A stretch of DNA of 64,000 nucleotides. Source: Lactobacillaceae bacterium. Lineage in GTDB: Bacteria; Bacillota; Bacilli; Lactobacillales; Lactobacillaceae. Each line of letters begins with the position of its first letter. The first letter of the stretch is position 1. Made by a program: the position numbers and the translations under genes. The DNA lies in contig JAITQG010000072.1 of NCBI GenBank assembly GCA_031289015.1, forward strand, positions 6,846 to 70,845, read 5' to 3'. Of this stretch, positions 8,999-19,614 are shown piece by piece. The notes under the pieces were generated by a model that worked only from the letters and a program-made list of their open reading frames with translations, was not told the origin of the DNA and made no database searches.

Positions 8999-10865
8999 CC
9001 CAAGCACCTTCTTCCCAGTCATCATTGTTACCTTCATACGGCGTAAATGGCAATGAAATATAGAAAGTTGAACCTTGGCCTTCAACGGAATCGACCCAAA
9101 TATTACCGTGCACTTGCTCGATGATTTCCTTTGAAATAGCTAGTCCTAAACCAGAGCCACCTTGTGCCCGTGAACGCGCCTTATCAACGCGATAGAAACG
9201 ATCAAAAATGTGGCCCAAATCCTTACGTGGAATTCCCAACCCTTGGTCACTGATACTCAAAATCACATGTGAATCAGTATGTTCCATCATCACATTGATC
9301 ACACTACCATCGGGTGAATACTTGATGGCGTTGTTCATGATATTATCAATCACTTGGGTAAACTTAGACGTATCAAGTTCAACCCAAATTTGATCAGGTG
9401 AAATCTCGCGTTGAATTGTATAGTTCTTTTCCGGTTGTTGATCCGTTGAAATGATCATATCAAAGCGGTTTAAAATATAATTAAATAATTCACCCAAATT
9501 CACAAATTCGAGCTCCATATTCATGGTTCCTTGATCCATGCGTGACAATTCAAGCAAATCGTTAATCATGTGAATCATTCGTGTCGTTTCATTTTGCGCG
9601 ACCGCTAAAAAGCTCGTCGCAATTTCTGGATCTTCAAGCGCGCCTTCTTGCAGCGCGTCAATATAAGATTTAACCGATGTTAATGGTGTCCGTAATTCAT
9701 GGGAAACGTTAGACACGAATTGTCGGCGTTCTTCATCAATGCGTTGTTGTTCCGTGACGTCATGTAAGACAATGACCAACCCTGAAATAAAGCCCGAAGC
9801 ACGTTGAATCGTACTGATGTATGCCCGGATAACCAATTGGCGTTTGTCATTAGTAAAGTCAATTAACAAATCGCCTTGATTGTCTAACAACTCACGCAAC
9901 GTCATGGAATCACCCAAATGCAAAACATCCAAGATTGATTTTTCAATCACTTGATGTGCACTATCAAAGCCGGCCAAATTAACTGCCGCGGGATTAATGA
10001 TATTTATTAATCCACGTCGATCAGTGGCAATAACTCCATCGGTCATGTGTTCGAGGACCGAATCCAGCCGACGTCGCTCAAACTCACTTGAATTAGTGGT
10101 TTCTTCGATGCGTTGGGCCAATAAATTAACATTTTCAGCAAGCTCACCGATTTCGTCACTACTGCGCACCAAAATCTCCCCCGAATAATCCCCTTGGGCA
10201 ATCCGCGTGGTTCGTTGGCTGATTTCTGAGATTGGCTTGGTTAACGCTCGCGAAATAATCACGGCCATAATAATCCCCAGCACAACCGCTAACATGGAAG
10301 CTGAAAAATAAATCATCGCAATGCCATGCAGATTATCATAAACCGACTCTAAATTGGCACTGACTTTGATAACTCCAATGACATTGTTTTCACCATCCAC
10401 GGAACTCACCAGTGGACTAATAATCGTTTGATACCGGTTATTGCCCCGTTTTTCAATGGGATTTTTCAGATATTTACCACCTGAAATAACCGCCTTTAAA
10501 TTTGAATCCGTGGTTTTTTGACCAACTTCATCCTGATTGTTAATATCACTGGTGCCTCGAATGACACCTTCAGCATCCACAACCTTAATATCAGCAATAC
10601 TGGCGTTATTAATCGAGGTCAATAAATTATGGATATTCGAGTTAACTTCGCCGGTTTTTTCACTTTTACTTTCTAATTGTTGTAAAATCGCATCACTTGC
10701 ATAGGCTGGCAAAGCAATTTGTTGCCTAAAATCAGCCAAGCTACGTTGTTCTAATTGCCTGATAAAAAAGGCTCCGATTAATTCCAACGTGACAACTAAT
10801 GTCAAGGTGAACACCAAAGCAATTTTAAAATGTATCGAAGAGAAAAATTTAATCTTTTTTCCCAT
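8988..10865 (-). CDS. walK: Cell wall sensor histidine kinase WalK
   Basis: HAMP, PAS, FVSNVSHELRTPLT, NAIKYSP, DQGLGIP, GGSGLGLAI. Confidence 0.97.
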   Translation of the reverse strand: MGKKIKFFSSIHFKIALVFTLTLVVTLELIGAFFIRQLEQRSLADFRQQIALPAYASDAILQQLESKSEKTGEVNSNIHNLLTSINNASIADIKVVDAEGVIRGTSDINNQDEVGQKTTDSNLKAVISGGKYLKNPIEKRGNNRYQTIISPLVSSVDGENNVIGVIKVSANLESVYDNLHGIAMIYFSASMLAVVLGIIMAVIISRALTKPISEISQRTTRIAQGDYSGEILVRSSDEIGELAENVNLLAQRIEETTNSSEFERRRLDSVLEHMTDGVIATDRRGLINIINPAAVNLAGFDSAHQVIEKSILDVLHLGDSMTLRELLDNQGDLLIDFTNDKRQLVIRAYISTIQRASGFISGLVIVLHDVTEQQRIDEERRQFVSNVSHELRTPLTSVKSYIDALQEGALEDPEIATSFLAVAQNETTRMIHMINDLLELSRMDQGTMNMELEFVNLGELFNYILNRFDMIISTDQQPEKNYTIQREISPDQIWVELDTSKFTQVIDNIMNNAIKYSPDGSVINVMMEHTDSHVILSISDQGLGIPRKDLGHIFDRFYRVDKARSRAQGGSGLGLAISKEIIEQVHGNIWVDSVEGQGSTFYISLPFTPYEGNNDDWEEGAWDEV

Positions 10866-10945
10866 TTACCCTTGTACTCCTAAACTAGCTTACTGTAAGC
10901 AAAAAGGTCAGTGCATACTTAAAACAACACCAACCTTTGCAATAT

Positions 10946-11647
10946 TTATTCTTCAGATGCTTTTAAATAATAACCGACACCACGGCGCGTCATCAAAATT
11001 TGTGGATGGCTTGGTGTATCTTCAATCTTCTCACGAATTCGACGGACCGTCACATCGACTGTACGCACGTCACCAAAGTAATCGTACCCCCAGACAGTTT
11101 GCAACAAATCATCACGCGTCATAACTTGGCCAATATGCTTAGCCAAATGGTGCAACAATTCAAATTCACGATGCGTCAATTCGATATCTTGCCCATTTTT
11201 TGACACCATGTAAGCATCTGGGTGAATCGTCAAAGATCCGATTTTAATGTCGCCATTATCCCCAAGTGTTGCACCGCCCACCACAGTGGTTTGGCGGCGT
11301 AAGTTAGCCTTAATTCGGGCTAACAATTCACGATTTGAAAATGGCTTAGTGACATAATCATCAGCCCCCATTTCAAGCCCCAAAACCTTATCGATTTCTG
11401 AATCCTTGGCCGTAACCATGATTACTGGGGTTTGTGAACTGGTCCGGATTTGACGGAGCACTTCGGTTCCATCAACTTCGGGCAACATTTGATCCAACAA
11501 AACAAGGTCGGGAGCTTCTTCTTCAAACAACTCCAATGCTTCACGTCCGTCCATAGCAACGATTACATCATAACCTTCTTTAGTAAGATTAAATTTGATA
11601 ATATCTGAGATTGGTTTTTCGTCATCAACGACTAAAATTTTATTCAT
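10946..11647 (-). CDS. walR: Response regulator WalR
   Basis: Receiver domain plus OmpR-type DNA-binding domain ([14 protein letters not shown]). Confidence 0.97.
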   Translation of the reverse strand: MNKILVVDDEKPISDIIKFNLTKEGYDVIVAMDGREALELFEEEAPDLVLLDQMLPEVDGTEVLRQIRTSSQTPVIMVTAKDSEIDKVLGLEMGADDYVTKPFSNRELLARIKANLRRQTTVVGGATLGDNGDIKIGSLTIHPDAYMVSKNGQDIELTHREFELLHHLAKHIGQVMTRDDLLQTVWGYDYFGDVRTVDVTVRRIREKIEDTPSHPQILMTRRGVGYYLKASEE

Positions 11648-11881
11648 AATGTTGAACTCCTTATGCGGGTGTTTACAAAGTACATTGTATCATATTACAC
11701 GTTTTTCAGTTGCTTACATTACAGAATAAGTGCATTTTCTTTGAAATAGTTGCATTTTATTCACATTTTGCTGTGAATATTTCTAACATTTAGTTAGTAG
11801 CGCTCGTCCAGTTTTATCATTTTTTTTGATTGCTGCACAAAAAAACACCCAGAAATAAATTCCTGAGTGTTTGTGTAAAGC

Positions 11882-12124
11882 TTAGTCTTCTGCAACGAAA
11901 GGCAAAAGTCCCATGATACGAGCGCGCTTAATAGCAGTCGTAACTTTACGTTGGTTCTTAGCTGAAGTACCAGTTACACGACGAGGCAAGATCTTACCAC
12001 GTTCTGAGATGTAACGTTCCAACAATTCTGTGTCCTTGTAGTCAACATATTCAATATGGTTGGCTGCGATAAAGTCAACCTTACGACGGCGACGAGGTCC
12101 GCCACCACGACGTTGTTGTGCCAT
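11882..12124 (-). CDS. rpsR: 30S ribosomal protein S18
   Basis: [16 protein letters not shown] motif. Confidence 0.99.
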   Translation of the reverse strand: MAQQRRGGGPRRRRKVDFIAANHIEYVDYKDTELLERYISERGKILPRRVTGTSAKNQRKVTTAIKRARIMGLLPFVAED

Positions 12125-12173
12125 GATTAATATCCTCCTGATAGAATAAAGTCTTTAGTGACAATGGTTCTAA

Positions 12174-12722
12174 CTAGAATGGCAAATCATCATCAGAAAG
12201 GTTAACTTCCTGACCTTGACCTGCAAATGGATCATTGTTGGTAGGCGTTGCAGCTTGTGCACCACCAAACACATTGCCATTTGATGTAGCATTAGCTTCA
12301 CCGAATGGGTTTTGTGTAGGTGCGGCACTAAAGCTGCCAGTATTCCCACCGAAATTATTGTTATTGTTAGCTCCAGCACTTGAACGACGTGCTTCAGATT
12401 CGGCACGCGTTTCAAGCAAGGTGAAGTTATCAACAACGACTTCTGTGACATACACACGTGTCCCTTGTTGGTTTTCATAGTTACGCGTTTGCAAACGACC
12501 TTCAACAGCCACTAATGAGCCCTTTGAAGTAAAGTTAGCAAAGTTTTCCGCTGACTTGCGCCAAATCACGGCGTTGATGAAGTCAGTTTCGCGTTCACCA
12601 TTTGCGTTTGTAAAGTCACGGTTAACTGCCAATGCGAAAGTACCCACAGCAGCTCCAGATGTCGTGTAACGTAATTCAACGTCACGCGTCAAACGTCCAA
12701 CAAGAACAACACGGTTGATCAT
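12174..12722 (-). CDS. ssb: Single-stranded DNA-binding protein
   Basis: [14 protein letters not shown] start; DDDLPF tail. Confidence 0.99.
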   Translation of the reverse strand: MINRVVLVGRLTRDVELRYTTSGAAVGTFALAVNRDFTNANGERETDFINAVIWRKSAENFANFTSKGSLVAVEGRLQTRNYENQQGTRVYVTEVVVDNFTLLETRAESEARRSSAGANNNNNFGGNTGSFSAAPTQNPFGEANATSNGNVFGGAQAATPTNNDPFAGQGQEVNLSDDDLPF

Positions 12723-12770
12723 AGTAGTCCCCTTATCTAGTTAAAAACTTAGCAATTGTACAACAGTTAA

Positions 12771-13067
12771 TTACTTAGCTGCTGCAATTTCGCGCTTAAC
12801 AACCATATGACGCAAGATATCTTGTGAGATCTTTGCCAAACGATCAAATTCGTTAATGGCAGCGTCATCTGAAGCACTGAAGTTCACGATGTGATAAACA
12901 CCCTCGTGGTATCCAGCGATTTCGTAAGCGAAACGACGAGATGACCAGTCAGCTGACTTGGCAATCTCTGCACCATTGTCCTTCAAGATAGCGTCGAAAC
13001 GCTCTACCAATGCAGTCTTTGCATCAGCTTCCATATCAGGGCGAATAATGTAAGTCAATTCGTACAT
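12771..13067 (-). CDS. rpsF: 30S ribosomal protein S6
   Basis: [24 protein letters not shown]. Confidence 0.98.
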   Translation of the reverse strand: MYELTYIIRPDMEADAKTALVERFDAILKDNGAEIAKSADWSSRRFAYEIAGYHEGVYHIVNFSASDDAAINEFDRLAKISQDILRHMVVKREIAAAK

Positions 13068-13075
13068 TATAATGT

Positions 13076-13119
13076 ACCTCCTTTTGGTCTATGGCCGACA
13101 AATCCTGCCGGCAAGGAGC
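13076..13119 (-). promoter_or_regulatory. S6:S18 autoregulatory leader of rpsF
   Basis: GCTCCTTGCC...CCAAAAGGAGGT pairs over the SD, matching the B. subtilis rpsF leader; promoter TTGCAA-17-TAGAAT at 13185-13157. Confidence 0.8.
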
Positions 13120-13305
13120 AAATTGCACACAAAGCGTGTGTAACTCACAATCAATTATTCTACCAGTAAATGTTGCCCGTTGCAAGCTAAAAATCGAGGT
13201 TTGCACTATGCAAATGTGCATTGTCGACCGGTTTTTGGCCGGCAACGATGCTTTATGGCATATGCTGGGGACGTTTAGCAAATTAACCAATGCATGAATT
13301 TACTT

Positions 13306-13488
13306 TTATTTATGTTTTTTCTGATAATTACGATCAAAAAACATCGTTAAAAGATTAAAGATAATAATACATGCAGCGGTAAACACGATAAACGGATCTG
13401 CGCTATATTTTTGTAATAGAGCTATTCCAAGTAGCATGAATAGGCCTCTTACAAGATAGTCCCCGATTGGAATTACTTTATTCATCAT
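13306..13488 (-). CDS. Small two-TM membrane protein, candidate immunity protein
   Basis: 60 aa from ATG overlapping the upstream stop (ATGA); two hydrophobic helices and basic C-terminus QKKHK. Confidence 0.7.
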   Translation of the reverse strand: MMNKVIPIGDYLVRGLFMLLGIALLQKYSADPFIVFTAACIIIFNLLTMFFDRNYQKKHK

Positions 13489-14156
13489 TGCCACCCCACT
13501 GACCAAATTGTTCCATATGGCGTTCCAGGTATTCCACTATAATTAAAGACGATTCCACCAGGAATTGAATTTGTTCCCCAGCTAACTGCTGCACACGCCA
13601 CACTAATTACCCAGCCAATAGGAATCCATTTATCATACGGAAACGCAGCAGCAAAAGCTAAGGCAGGACTTGCACTACGCAACAACGATCTAGAAAGGCC
13701 AATCCTATACCCCCACCAATAGGCATGAATATAGTTTGAACCATTATGGTAAGTCGTCCCTTTAGAAAGCAGATGTCCTTCCAGTTTTTCAACAGTTATT
13801 CCTGCATCATTTAAACTATCGCTAGTCTGAACAACTGATTTAGTATCTGGATTAATTGTCATTCCATGATCAGTAACATTGTTGTTAGCTTGAGAAATTT
13901 TAGTTGTAATTTCTGTAATTTGTTGATCTGAAAGGCCACTATTGACTGGAGCCTCAAATACATATTGATTATTTTTTACGACAACATACTGATCTGCAAT
14001 ATCAATGGTTTTTTGACTTACAGAAGCCACATCGTTGTTAACTGAGGTTGCAACCTTAGCGTCAGCGTGCACGTTCACATCAACAGTCGCATTAATTACA
14101 ATACTTCCAACGACAATAGCAGTCAACATGCCCGTGAGTAATTTATTTCGCTTCAT
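13485..14156 (-). CDS. Secreted pre-pro-protein with Trp/Gly-rich cationic C-terminal domain (candidate bacteriocin-like toxin)
   Basis: GGGAGGAA RBS; Sec signal ending VNVHA; polar spacer; C-terminal YWWGYRIGLSR...WSVGWQ; AT-rich with ATA/AGA/GGA codons. Confidence 0.6.
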   Translation of the reverse strand: MKRNKLLTGMLTAIVVGSIVINATVDVNVHADAKVATSVNNDVASVSQKTIDIADQYVVVKNNQYVFEAPVNSGLSDQQITEITTKISQANNNVTDHGMTINPDTKSVVQTSDSLNDAGITVEKLEGHLLSKGTTYHNGSNYIHAYWWGYRIGLSRSLLRSASPALAFAAAFPYDKWIPIGWVISVACAAVSWGTNSIPGGIVFNYSGIPGTPYGTIWSVGWQ

Positions 14157-14713
14157 GGAATTCCTCCCATTTATGTATAATGCTGTTGATCAACATTAAC
14201 AATGCTAATATTGACACTCTGCATTGTGCGATAGATTTGCAAATTTATATGAATTTAACACCGGCGTCTAAAACTCACATAAAGAGACAAAAAACGATAT
14301 CGGCCTATTATAAGGCCATCGGGTAACCCTTAAAATGTTCACGCGTGAAAGGGGTAGCTATGTGCATGGTGCTAAACACCACATTGCTGAATGGCAACAA
14401 TTGTCGTGAATTTATTTTCACTGACAACTGCAAAACTATTCATGCACCTAAATGTAGCACTATTCATATGAGAAAACAAGTGCATTTTAATTTTTGTTTT
14501 TAAATCAGGTGTGCATTTTAATGATTAGCATTATTTTTCAATACGTTTAGCCCCTTGGTATATCAAGCTGCAAATCAAAACCGTAGTCGTACTAAATTAC
14601 GAAAATTAAAATCTAATAAAATTAGAATTTGATTTATTTATCATTCATAGGCTTATTCTCAGAACCAAAAAAATGACTGCCCCTTAATAAGTGACAGTCC
14701 TATATATTAATGT

Positions 14714-15700
14714 TTATTTATCTTGTGCGTGGAAACGATTCCTAAACAATGGTGAAACTGCCTTGTTTTCATTGATGCGGACAATCGCCTCACCAATCAA
14801 ATCAGAAACAGTAACTTGCACCAACTTAGGGAACTTCTTTTCTTCAGGTAAATCAATCGAATCAGTTACGATTACTTTCTCAAAGACTGAATTTTGCAAA
14901 TTGTCCTTAGCCTTACCTGAGAAGACCGCATGGGTAGCAACGACATAAACTTCAGCTGCCCCTTCATCCTTTAACTTCTGGGCCCCTTGGGTAATAGTTC
15001 CACCCGTGTCAATCATGTCATCAATCATAATGGCGCGCTTGCCCTTCACATTACCGATGATATTCATGATTTGTGCCACATTAGCCTTTGGACGACGCTT
15101 GTCAATAATGGCAATGGGCTCTTCAGAACCTAACAATTCAGCTAACTGACGAGCACGCGTCACACCACCGTGGTCAGGTGACACGACAATCGTATTTTCA
15201 TCGGCAATGCCACTAGTAATCAAATAATCAGCCAGCTTGGCAGCTCCAGCCATATGATCGACTGGAATGTCAAAGAAGCCTTGGATTTGCGCCGCATGCA
15301 AATCAAGTACCAAGACACGCGTAGCACCAACCATTGTCAACATGTTAGCAACTAACTTAGCTGAAATTGGTTCGCGTGAACGGGCCTTACGATCTTGGCG
15401 GGCATAACCATAGTATGGCAAAACCACGTTGATTGTCGCTGCACTGGCCCGGCGTAAGGCATCAATCAAAATCATCAATTCCATCAAATTATCATTAACG
15501 GGGGCTGATGTTGATTGAATAATGTAAACATTGTCACCACGGACAGATTCTTCAATGTTAATTTGAATTTCACCGTCACTAAAACGTGCGATATTAATCG
15601 CTGAAAGCTCGACCCCAATTGAAGCTGCGATTTTCTCAGCCAGTGGGCGATTGCCGCTTAGTGAAAATATTTTCAAATGCGGATCCGCATAAGTTGCCAT
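14714..15700 (-). CDS. prs: Ribose-phosphate pyrophosphokinase
   Basis: [29 protein letters not shown]. Confidence 0.98.
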   Translation of the reverse strand: MATYADPHLKIFSLSGNRPLAEKIAASIGVELSAINIARFSDGEIQINIEESVRGDNVYIIQSTSAPVNDNLMELMILIDALRRASAATINVVLPYYGYARQDRKARSREPISAKLVANMLTMVGATRVLVLDLHAAQIQGFFDIPVDHMAGAAKLADYLITSGIADENTIVVSPDHGGVTRARQLAELLGSEEPIAIIDKRRPKANVAQIMNIIGNVKGKRAIMIDDMIDTGGTITQGAQKLKDEGAAEVYVVATHAVFSGKAKDNLQNSVFEKVIVTDSIDLPEEKKFPKLVQVTVSDLIGEAIVRINENKAVSPLFRNRFHAQDK

Positions 15701-15832
15701 GTCATCCTCCATCATTTAACACGTCATCGTGCTAACGGTAATTAGTTAGTATTATTGTACTGTTTTTACGCAACAATTTCCATTACAGCGGTGCAACAAA
15801 AAACACGAAGCCCCGCAGGCCCCGTGTTTAGC

Positions 15833-17275
15833 TTAAATAAATTTTTGCATAAAGGCTGCCAAAGCATCACTTGCTGCTTGCTTTGACGAATCAACGTCAT
15901 CAAATTTTTCGTGCAAAGGCGTACGATTCCAAAAATCCAGCTTAGTCACTTGCCGCGCACGCGCGATGCCCATTGCATGCGTTGGTACGTTATCAGTAAT
16001 CGTTGATCCTGCTGCAATAAAGGCTTCATCCCCAATATTAACCGGGCCAACAATTTTTGAATTAGATCCAATAAAGGCGCGGTCACCAACATTGGAATGC
16101 CATTTGTTTTTGCCGTCGTAATTGACAAAAATCGTGCCGGCACCAATGTTAACGTCGTCACCCACGGTCGCATCACCTAGATATGACAAGTGCCCCATTT
16201 TTGAATCTACCCCGAGATACGCTTTCTTCATCTCAGTAAAGTTTCCCGCATGTGCGCGCTCAGCCAAGACTGAAGCTGGGCGCAAATGTGCAAACGGCCC
16301 AACTGTAGCTTCTGCATGGACCTCGGCTTCTTCCAAATGCGATGCGTCAATTTGCACGTCATCACCGACAAATGCATCAACCAAGCGTGAACCAGCCGTG
16401 ATTAAGACCCGTTCACCGATTTGCGTCTTACCTTGCAAATACACATTAGGTTCGATAATCGTATCGGCGCCGATAGTCACATCAACATCGATATAGGTGT
16501 TGGCTGGGTCAATCAAGGTCACCCCATTGCGCATATGGTATTCATTAATCCGTGCCCGCAAAACTTGATTGGCTTGTGCAAGGGCCACCCGATCATTAAC
16601 ACCCATTGATTCAGCAAAATCATTAATCGTATACGCACCAACGGTATGCCCAGCATTGCGTAGAATTTCTAGGGTATCTGGTAAATAATATTCACCTTGG
16701 GCATTGTCATTGTTAACTTGGGCCAAGGCCTCAAATAGCAGGCGGTTGTCAAAAACGTACACGCCCGTATTGATTTCAGTAACAGCGGCTTCTTGTGGCG
16801 TTGCATCCTTTTGTTCAACGATGCGAATCACATTGCCGACTTCATCACGAATAATGCGCCCATACCCAAATGGGTTGGGTGCATCAGCCGTTAAGACCGT
16901 AACTGCATTACCGGCTTGCTCATGAAAATCAAAGACAGCTTGGTACGTCGCCAATTCAAATAATGGCGCATCCCCAGAGGCAATCAAGGTTGCTCCATTG
17001 GCAGCTCCTAAAATCGGTTCCGCCATTTGAATTGCGTGGGCGGTTCCCAATTGTTCGGCTTGTAAAACAACTTCTGATCGATCTGCAACTGCTGCTTGGA
17101 CTTGGTCAGCGCCATGGCCCACCACCGTCACAACTTGGGTAACACCCGCGGCCAATACCGTGTCCAAGACTAAATCAACCATTGGCTTGCCCCCAACTTG
17201 ATGGAGCACCTTTGGTAATGCCGACTTCATGCGCGTCCCTTTACCGGCCGCTAAAATGATGACATATCGTGACAT
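15833..17275 (-). CDS. glmU: Bifunctional UDP-GlcNAc pyrophosphorylase / glucosamine-1-P acetyltransferase
   Basis: LAAGKGTRMKS, QLGTAHA, hexapeptide repeats, VNYDG. Confidence 0.98.
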   Translation of the reverse strand: MSRYVIILAAGKGTRMKSALPKVLHQVGGKPMVDLVLDTVLAAGVTQVVTVVGHGADQVQAAVADRSEVVLQAEQLGTAHAIQMAEPILGAANGATLIASGDAPLFELATYQAVFDFHEQAGNAVTVLTADAPNPFGYGRIIRDEVGNVIRIVEQKDATPQEAAVTEINTGVYVFDNRLLFEALAQVNNDNAQGEYYLPDTLEILRNAGHTVGAYTINDFAESMGVNDRVALAQANQVLRARINEYHMRNGVTLIDPANTYIDVDVTIGADTIIEPNVYLQGKTQIGERVLITAGSRLVDAFVGDDVQIDASHLEEAEVHAEATVGPFAHLRPASVLAERAHAGNFTEMKKAYLGVDSKMGHLSYLGDATVGDDVNIGAGTIFVNYDGKNKWHSNVGDRAFIGSNSKIVGPVNIGDEAFIAAGSTITDNVPTHAMGIARARQVTKLDFWNRTPLHEKFDDVDSSKQAASDALAAFMQKFI

Positions 17276-17303
17276 ATTATTCTCTTTCTAATTATTAATT
17301 GAA

Positions 17304-18152
17304 TTACTTACGTGCTTCTGTCGCATTCCCAGCAATATAAACTTCTTGAGCATAATTACCTGGACGGACATTGATTGAACCATTGTCTTTATTCGTATCA
17401 ACGTGCACTAATGACGTGTACTTGTCGATCACGCGATGCTCAACGCGGCCTTCAGCGACAACAGCCACTCCAACCACTGTACCTTCAAATTCTTTAACCA
17501 ATGAAGCCATCCCACGAATCGTCCCACCAGCTTTCATGAAGTCATCGACAATCAAAACGCGTGAACCCATTGGCAATGAGCGCCGTGACAGTTCCATCTT
17601 TTCGAGGCGTTGTGATTGACCAGTGACATAATTGACTGACATCGTTGGCCCTTCAGTAACTTTGGTATCGTTTCTGACAATCACAAACGGTACATTCAAG
17701 TTTTCAGCGACCGCTTGGGCTACTGGTACACCCTTAGTTGCGGCGGTCATCACAGCATCAATCGGTTCGCGCAAATATTGCGTTGAAATCAAACGTCCAA
17801 CACGTTGGAGGACCCATGGTTGACCCAATAAGTCAGATAAATAAACATACCCACCAGGCAAGACACGGGTTTCATCATTGATTTCATTTACTAATGAAGC
17901 CACAAAGTCTTCAGCGTCACTTTTTACCATATATGGTGTAAAGCGCGCACCACCCGCAGCGCCAGGGATGGTTTCTAACAGCCCAATCCCACGCTCTTGA
18001 AAAGTGCGCTTTAAAATTGTTAAATCTTCTGAAATTGATGATTTTGCTGATTCATACAGTTCAGCAAATTGTGTTAGAGAAACAAGTGTACGGGGACGTT
18101 CTAGCAAATAGCATGTCATGTCCACTAAGCGATCACTACGGCGTGTTTTCAT
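17304..18152 (-). CDS. purR: Pur operon repressor
   Basis: MKTRRSDRL, SSISEDL, PRT fold with VLIVDDFMKAGGT. Confidence 0.97.
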   Translation of the reverse strand: MKTRRSDRLVDMTCYLLERPRTLVSLTQFAELYESAKSSISEDLTILKRTFQERGIGLLETIPGAAGGARFTPYMVKSDAEDFVASLVNEINDETRVLPGGYVYLSDLLGQPWVLQRVGRLISTQYLREPIDAVMTAATKGVPVAQAVAENLNVPFVIVRNDTKVTEGPTMSVNYVTGQSQRLEKMELSRRSLPMGSRVLIVDDFMKAGGTIRGMASLVKEFEGTVVGVAVVAEGRVEHRVIDKYTSLVHVDTNKDNGSINVRPGNYAQEVYIAGNATEARK

Positions 18153-18166
18153 AAGTTTAAACCTCG

Positions 18167-18214
18167 AACGTTCGGTAATGTGTTTTGTAATAGGTTTATT
18201 ATAACACGAACGTT
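18167..18214. promoter_or_regulatory. Pair of PurBox operators upstream of purR
   Basis: ATTACCGAACGTT (minus, 18179-18167) and AACACGAACGTT (plus, 18203-18214) fit the AWWWCCGAACWWT consensus. Confidence 0.75.
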
Positions 18215-18278
18215 CAACATTTAAGGTTAAAAATGCTTTAAAAACGAAAGATAATCTAGTTTAAACAACATTTTTCAC

Positions 18279-19469
18279 TTATTTACGAATCGCTCGCGAC
18301 CGACTGCTTAGTCCTGCCAAGACAATAAACAAGAACATGGCGCCAAAGACAGACAAGAACAAACCGGTGTGAAAGCCTTTATCAATCATAACGCCGCCAT
18401 ATAATGGGCCAACTGCCCGCCCAAAGGAGGTCATCATCGTCACATAGCCCTGCTCTTGCCCCTTGGCATCGGGATTACCAATCCGGTCGATCCACGCTGG
18501 AATTTGTGGCATAGCTAATAATTCACCAACGGTCAAAATCATAAACGTCGCGACAAATTCGGCATACGTGTTAGCAAACATCAAAAAGATAAATGAGACC
18601 GCAAAGAAGAAACTACCGCCAAGCACCGTGAACTTAAACGGCAAGCGCTCGACAAAGCGGTTCAAAATTAGTTGCCCAATAATAATCACCACCCCATTGA
18701 TAGTCCACAACATTGAATACTCTTGAGTTGAAAAGCCTAACGCCGTCATATGGGTTGCAATCACCGTTTCCCATAAAATATAGCCGACATACATTGAAAA
18801 GACTAAGCCCAACAACAGATAAATTAAATGTGGCGTTTTAAAATTCGTGTGAGCCGCCTTTTCTGCAGCTTTCACTGCCTGCCGCGCCATACCTGAGACA
18901 TTAAAACGCAACAACACCATTGTTAAAAAGACAATATACATAATCACGGCCACCCCAAAAATATAGGCGACCCCATGATCAAATATAAACCCAACAAGTA
19001 GCGTCCCCAACACTACTCCCACGTTCATAAACAAGTATTGCAAGTTAAACACTTTCCGCGCATCAATGGATGACACAGTGGCCGTATATGCGTTTAAAAT
19101 CGTGTAAATTGCCCCATCAGCGAACCCGATGATTAGCAAAAAGACCGCAAATGTTGGCCAGCTATGCCAAAATGTCAGTCCCACCAAGGTTGCCAAGGCG
19201 ATTAAGATAAACGTCACCAATGCCTTGAATGGATGCCAACGATCAAATAATTGACCCCCGACCCAACTGCCCAACATCATTAAGAGCGACATTGCCATCA
19301 AAACAATTCCGGCAACAGTCATGCTTTCATGTAATTCATTGTGCATGTAAAGTGTGGTGATTGGCCACAATAAAGACGCGCCTGTACTTTGAAACAACGT
19401 GGCGACATACAAGTAACGCGGCGATACCTCAACATGCTTAAATTTTTTTCTAATTCCTACTCCATCCAT
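18279..19469 (-). CDS. MFS transporter
   Basis: About 12 hydrophobic segments; GGQLFDRW motif A. Confidence 0.9.
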   Translation of the reverse strand: MDGVGIRKKFKHVEVSPRYLYVATLFQSTGASLLWPITTLYMHNELHESMTVAGIVLMAMSLLMMLGSWVGGQLFDRWHPFKALVTFILIALATLVGLTFWHSWPTFAVFLLIIGFADGAIYTILNAYTATVSSIDARKVFNLQYLFMNVGVVLGTLLVGFIFDHGVAYIFGVAVIMYIVFLTMVLLRFNVSGMARQAVKAAEKAAHTNFKTPHLIYLLLGLVFSMYVGYILWETVIATHMTALGFSTQEYSMLWTINGVVIIIGQLILNRFVERLPFKFTVLGGSFFFAVSFIFLMFANTYAEFVATFMILTVGELLAMPQIPAWIDRIGNPDAKGQEQGYVTMMTSFGRAVGPLYGGVMIDKGFHTGLFLSVFGAMFLFIVLAGLSSRSRAIRK

Positions 19470-19581
19470 TATTCACACTCCCTCAATGTTTATACCCCTA
19501 TAATACAAAAAAACGAAAAGACTTTCGATTTATTAGTTTAGCATAGCATCAATCCTTGATATACTATACATAAGTAAAAAA

Positions 19582-19595
19582 TGAAAACGGATACA
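19582..19595 (+). promoter_or_regulatory. CcpA cre site upstream of glpK
   Basis: TGAAAACGGATACA matches WTGNAANCGNWNNCW, 20 bp before the start codon. Confidence 0.7.
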
Positions 19596-19614
19596 ATGAA
19601 AAGAGACTTAAATT

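Noticed and set aside
14360-14503. 47-aa Cys-rich plus-strand ORF with AAAGGGG upstream, divergent from the toxin-like gene
   Set aside because: No recognisable leader, family or modification enzymes; such ORFs are plausible by chance in AT-rich DNA.
13271-14551. 9-bp direct repeat ACGTTTAGC (13271-13279, 14543-14551) flanking the toxin-like cassette
   Set aside because: Too short to distinguish from chance without an empty-site comparison.
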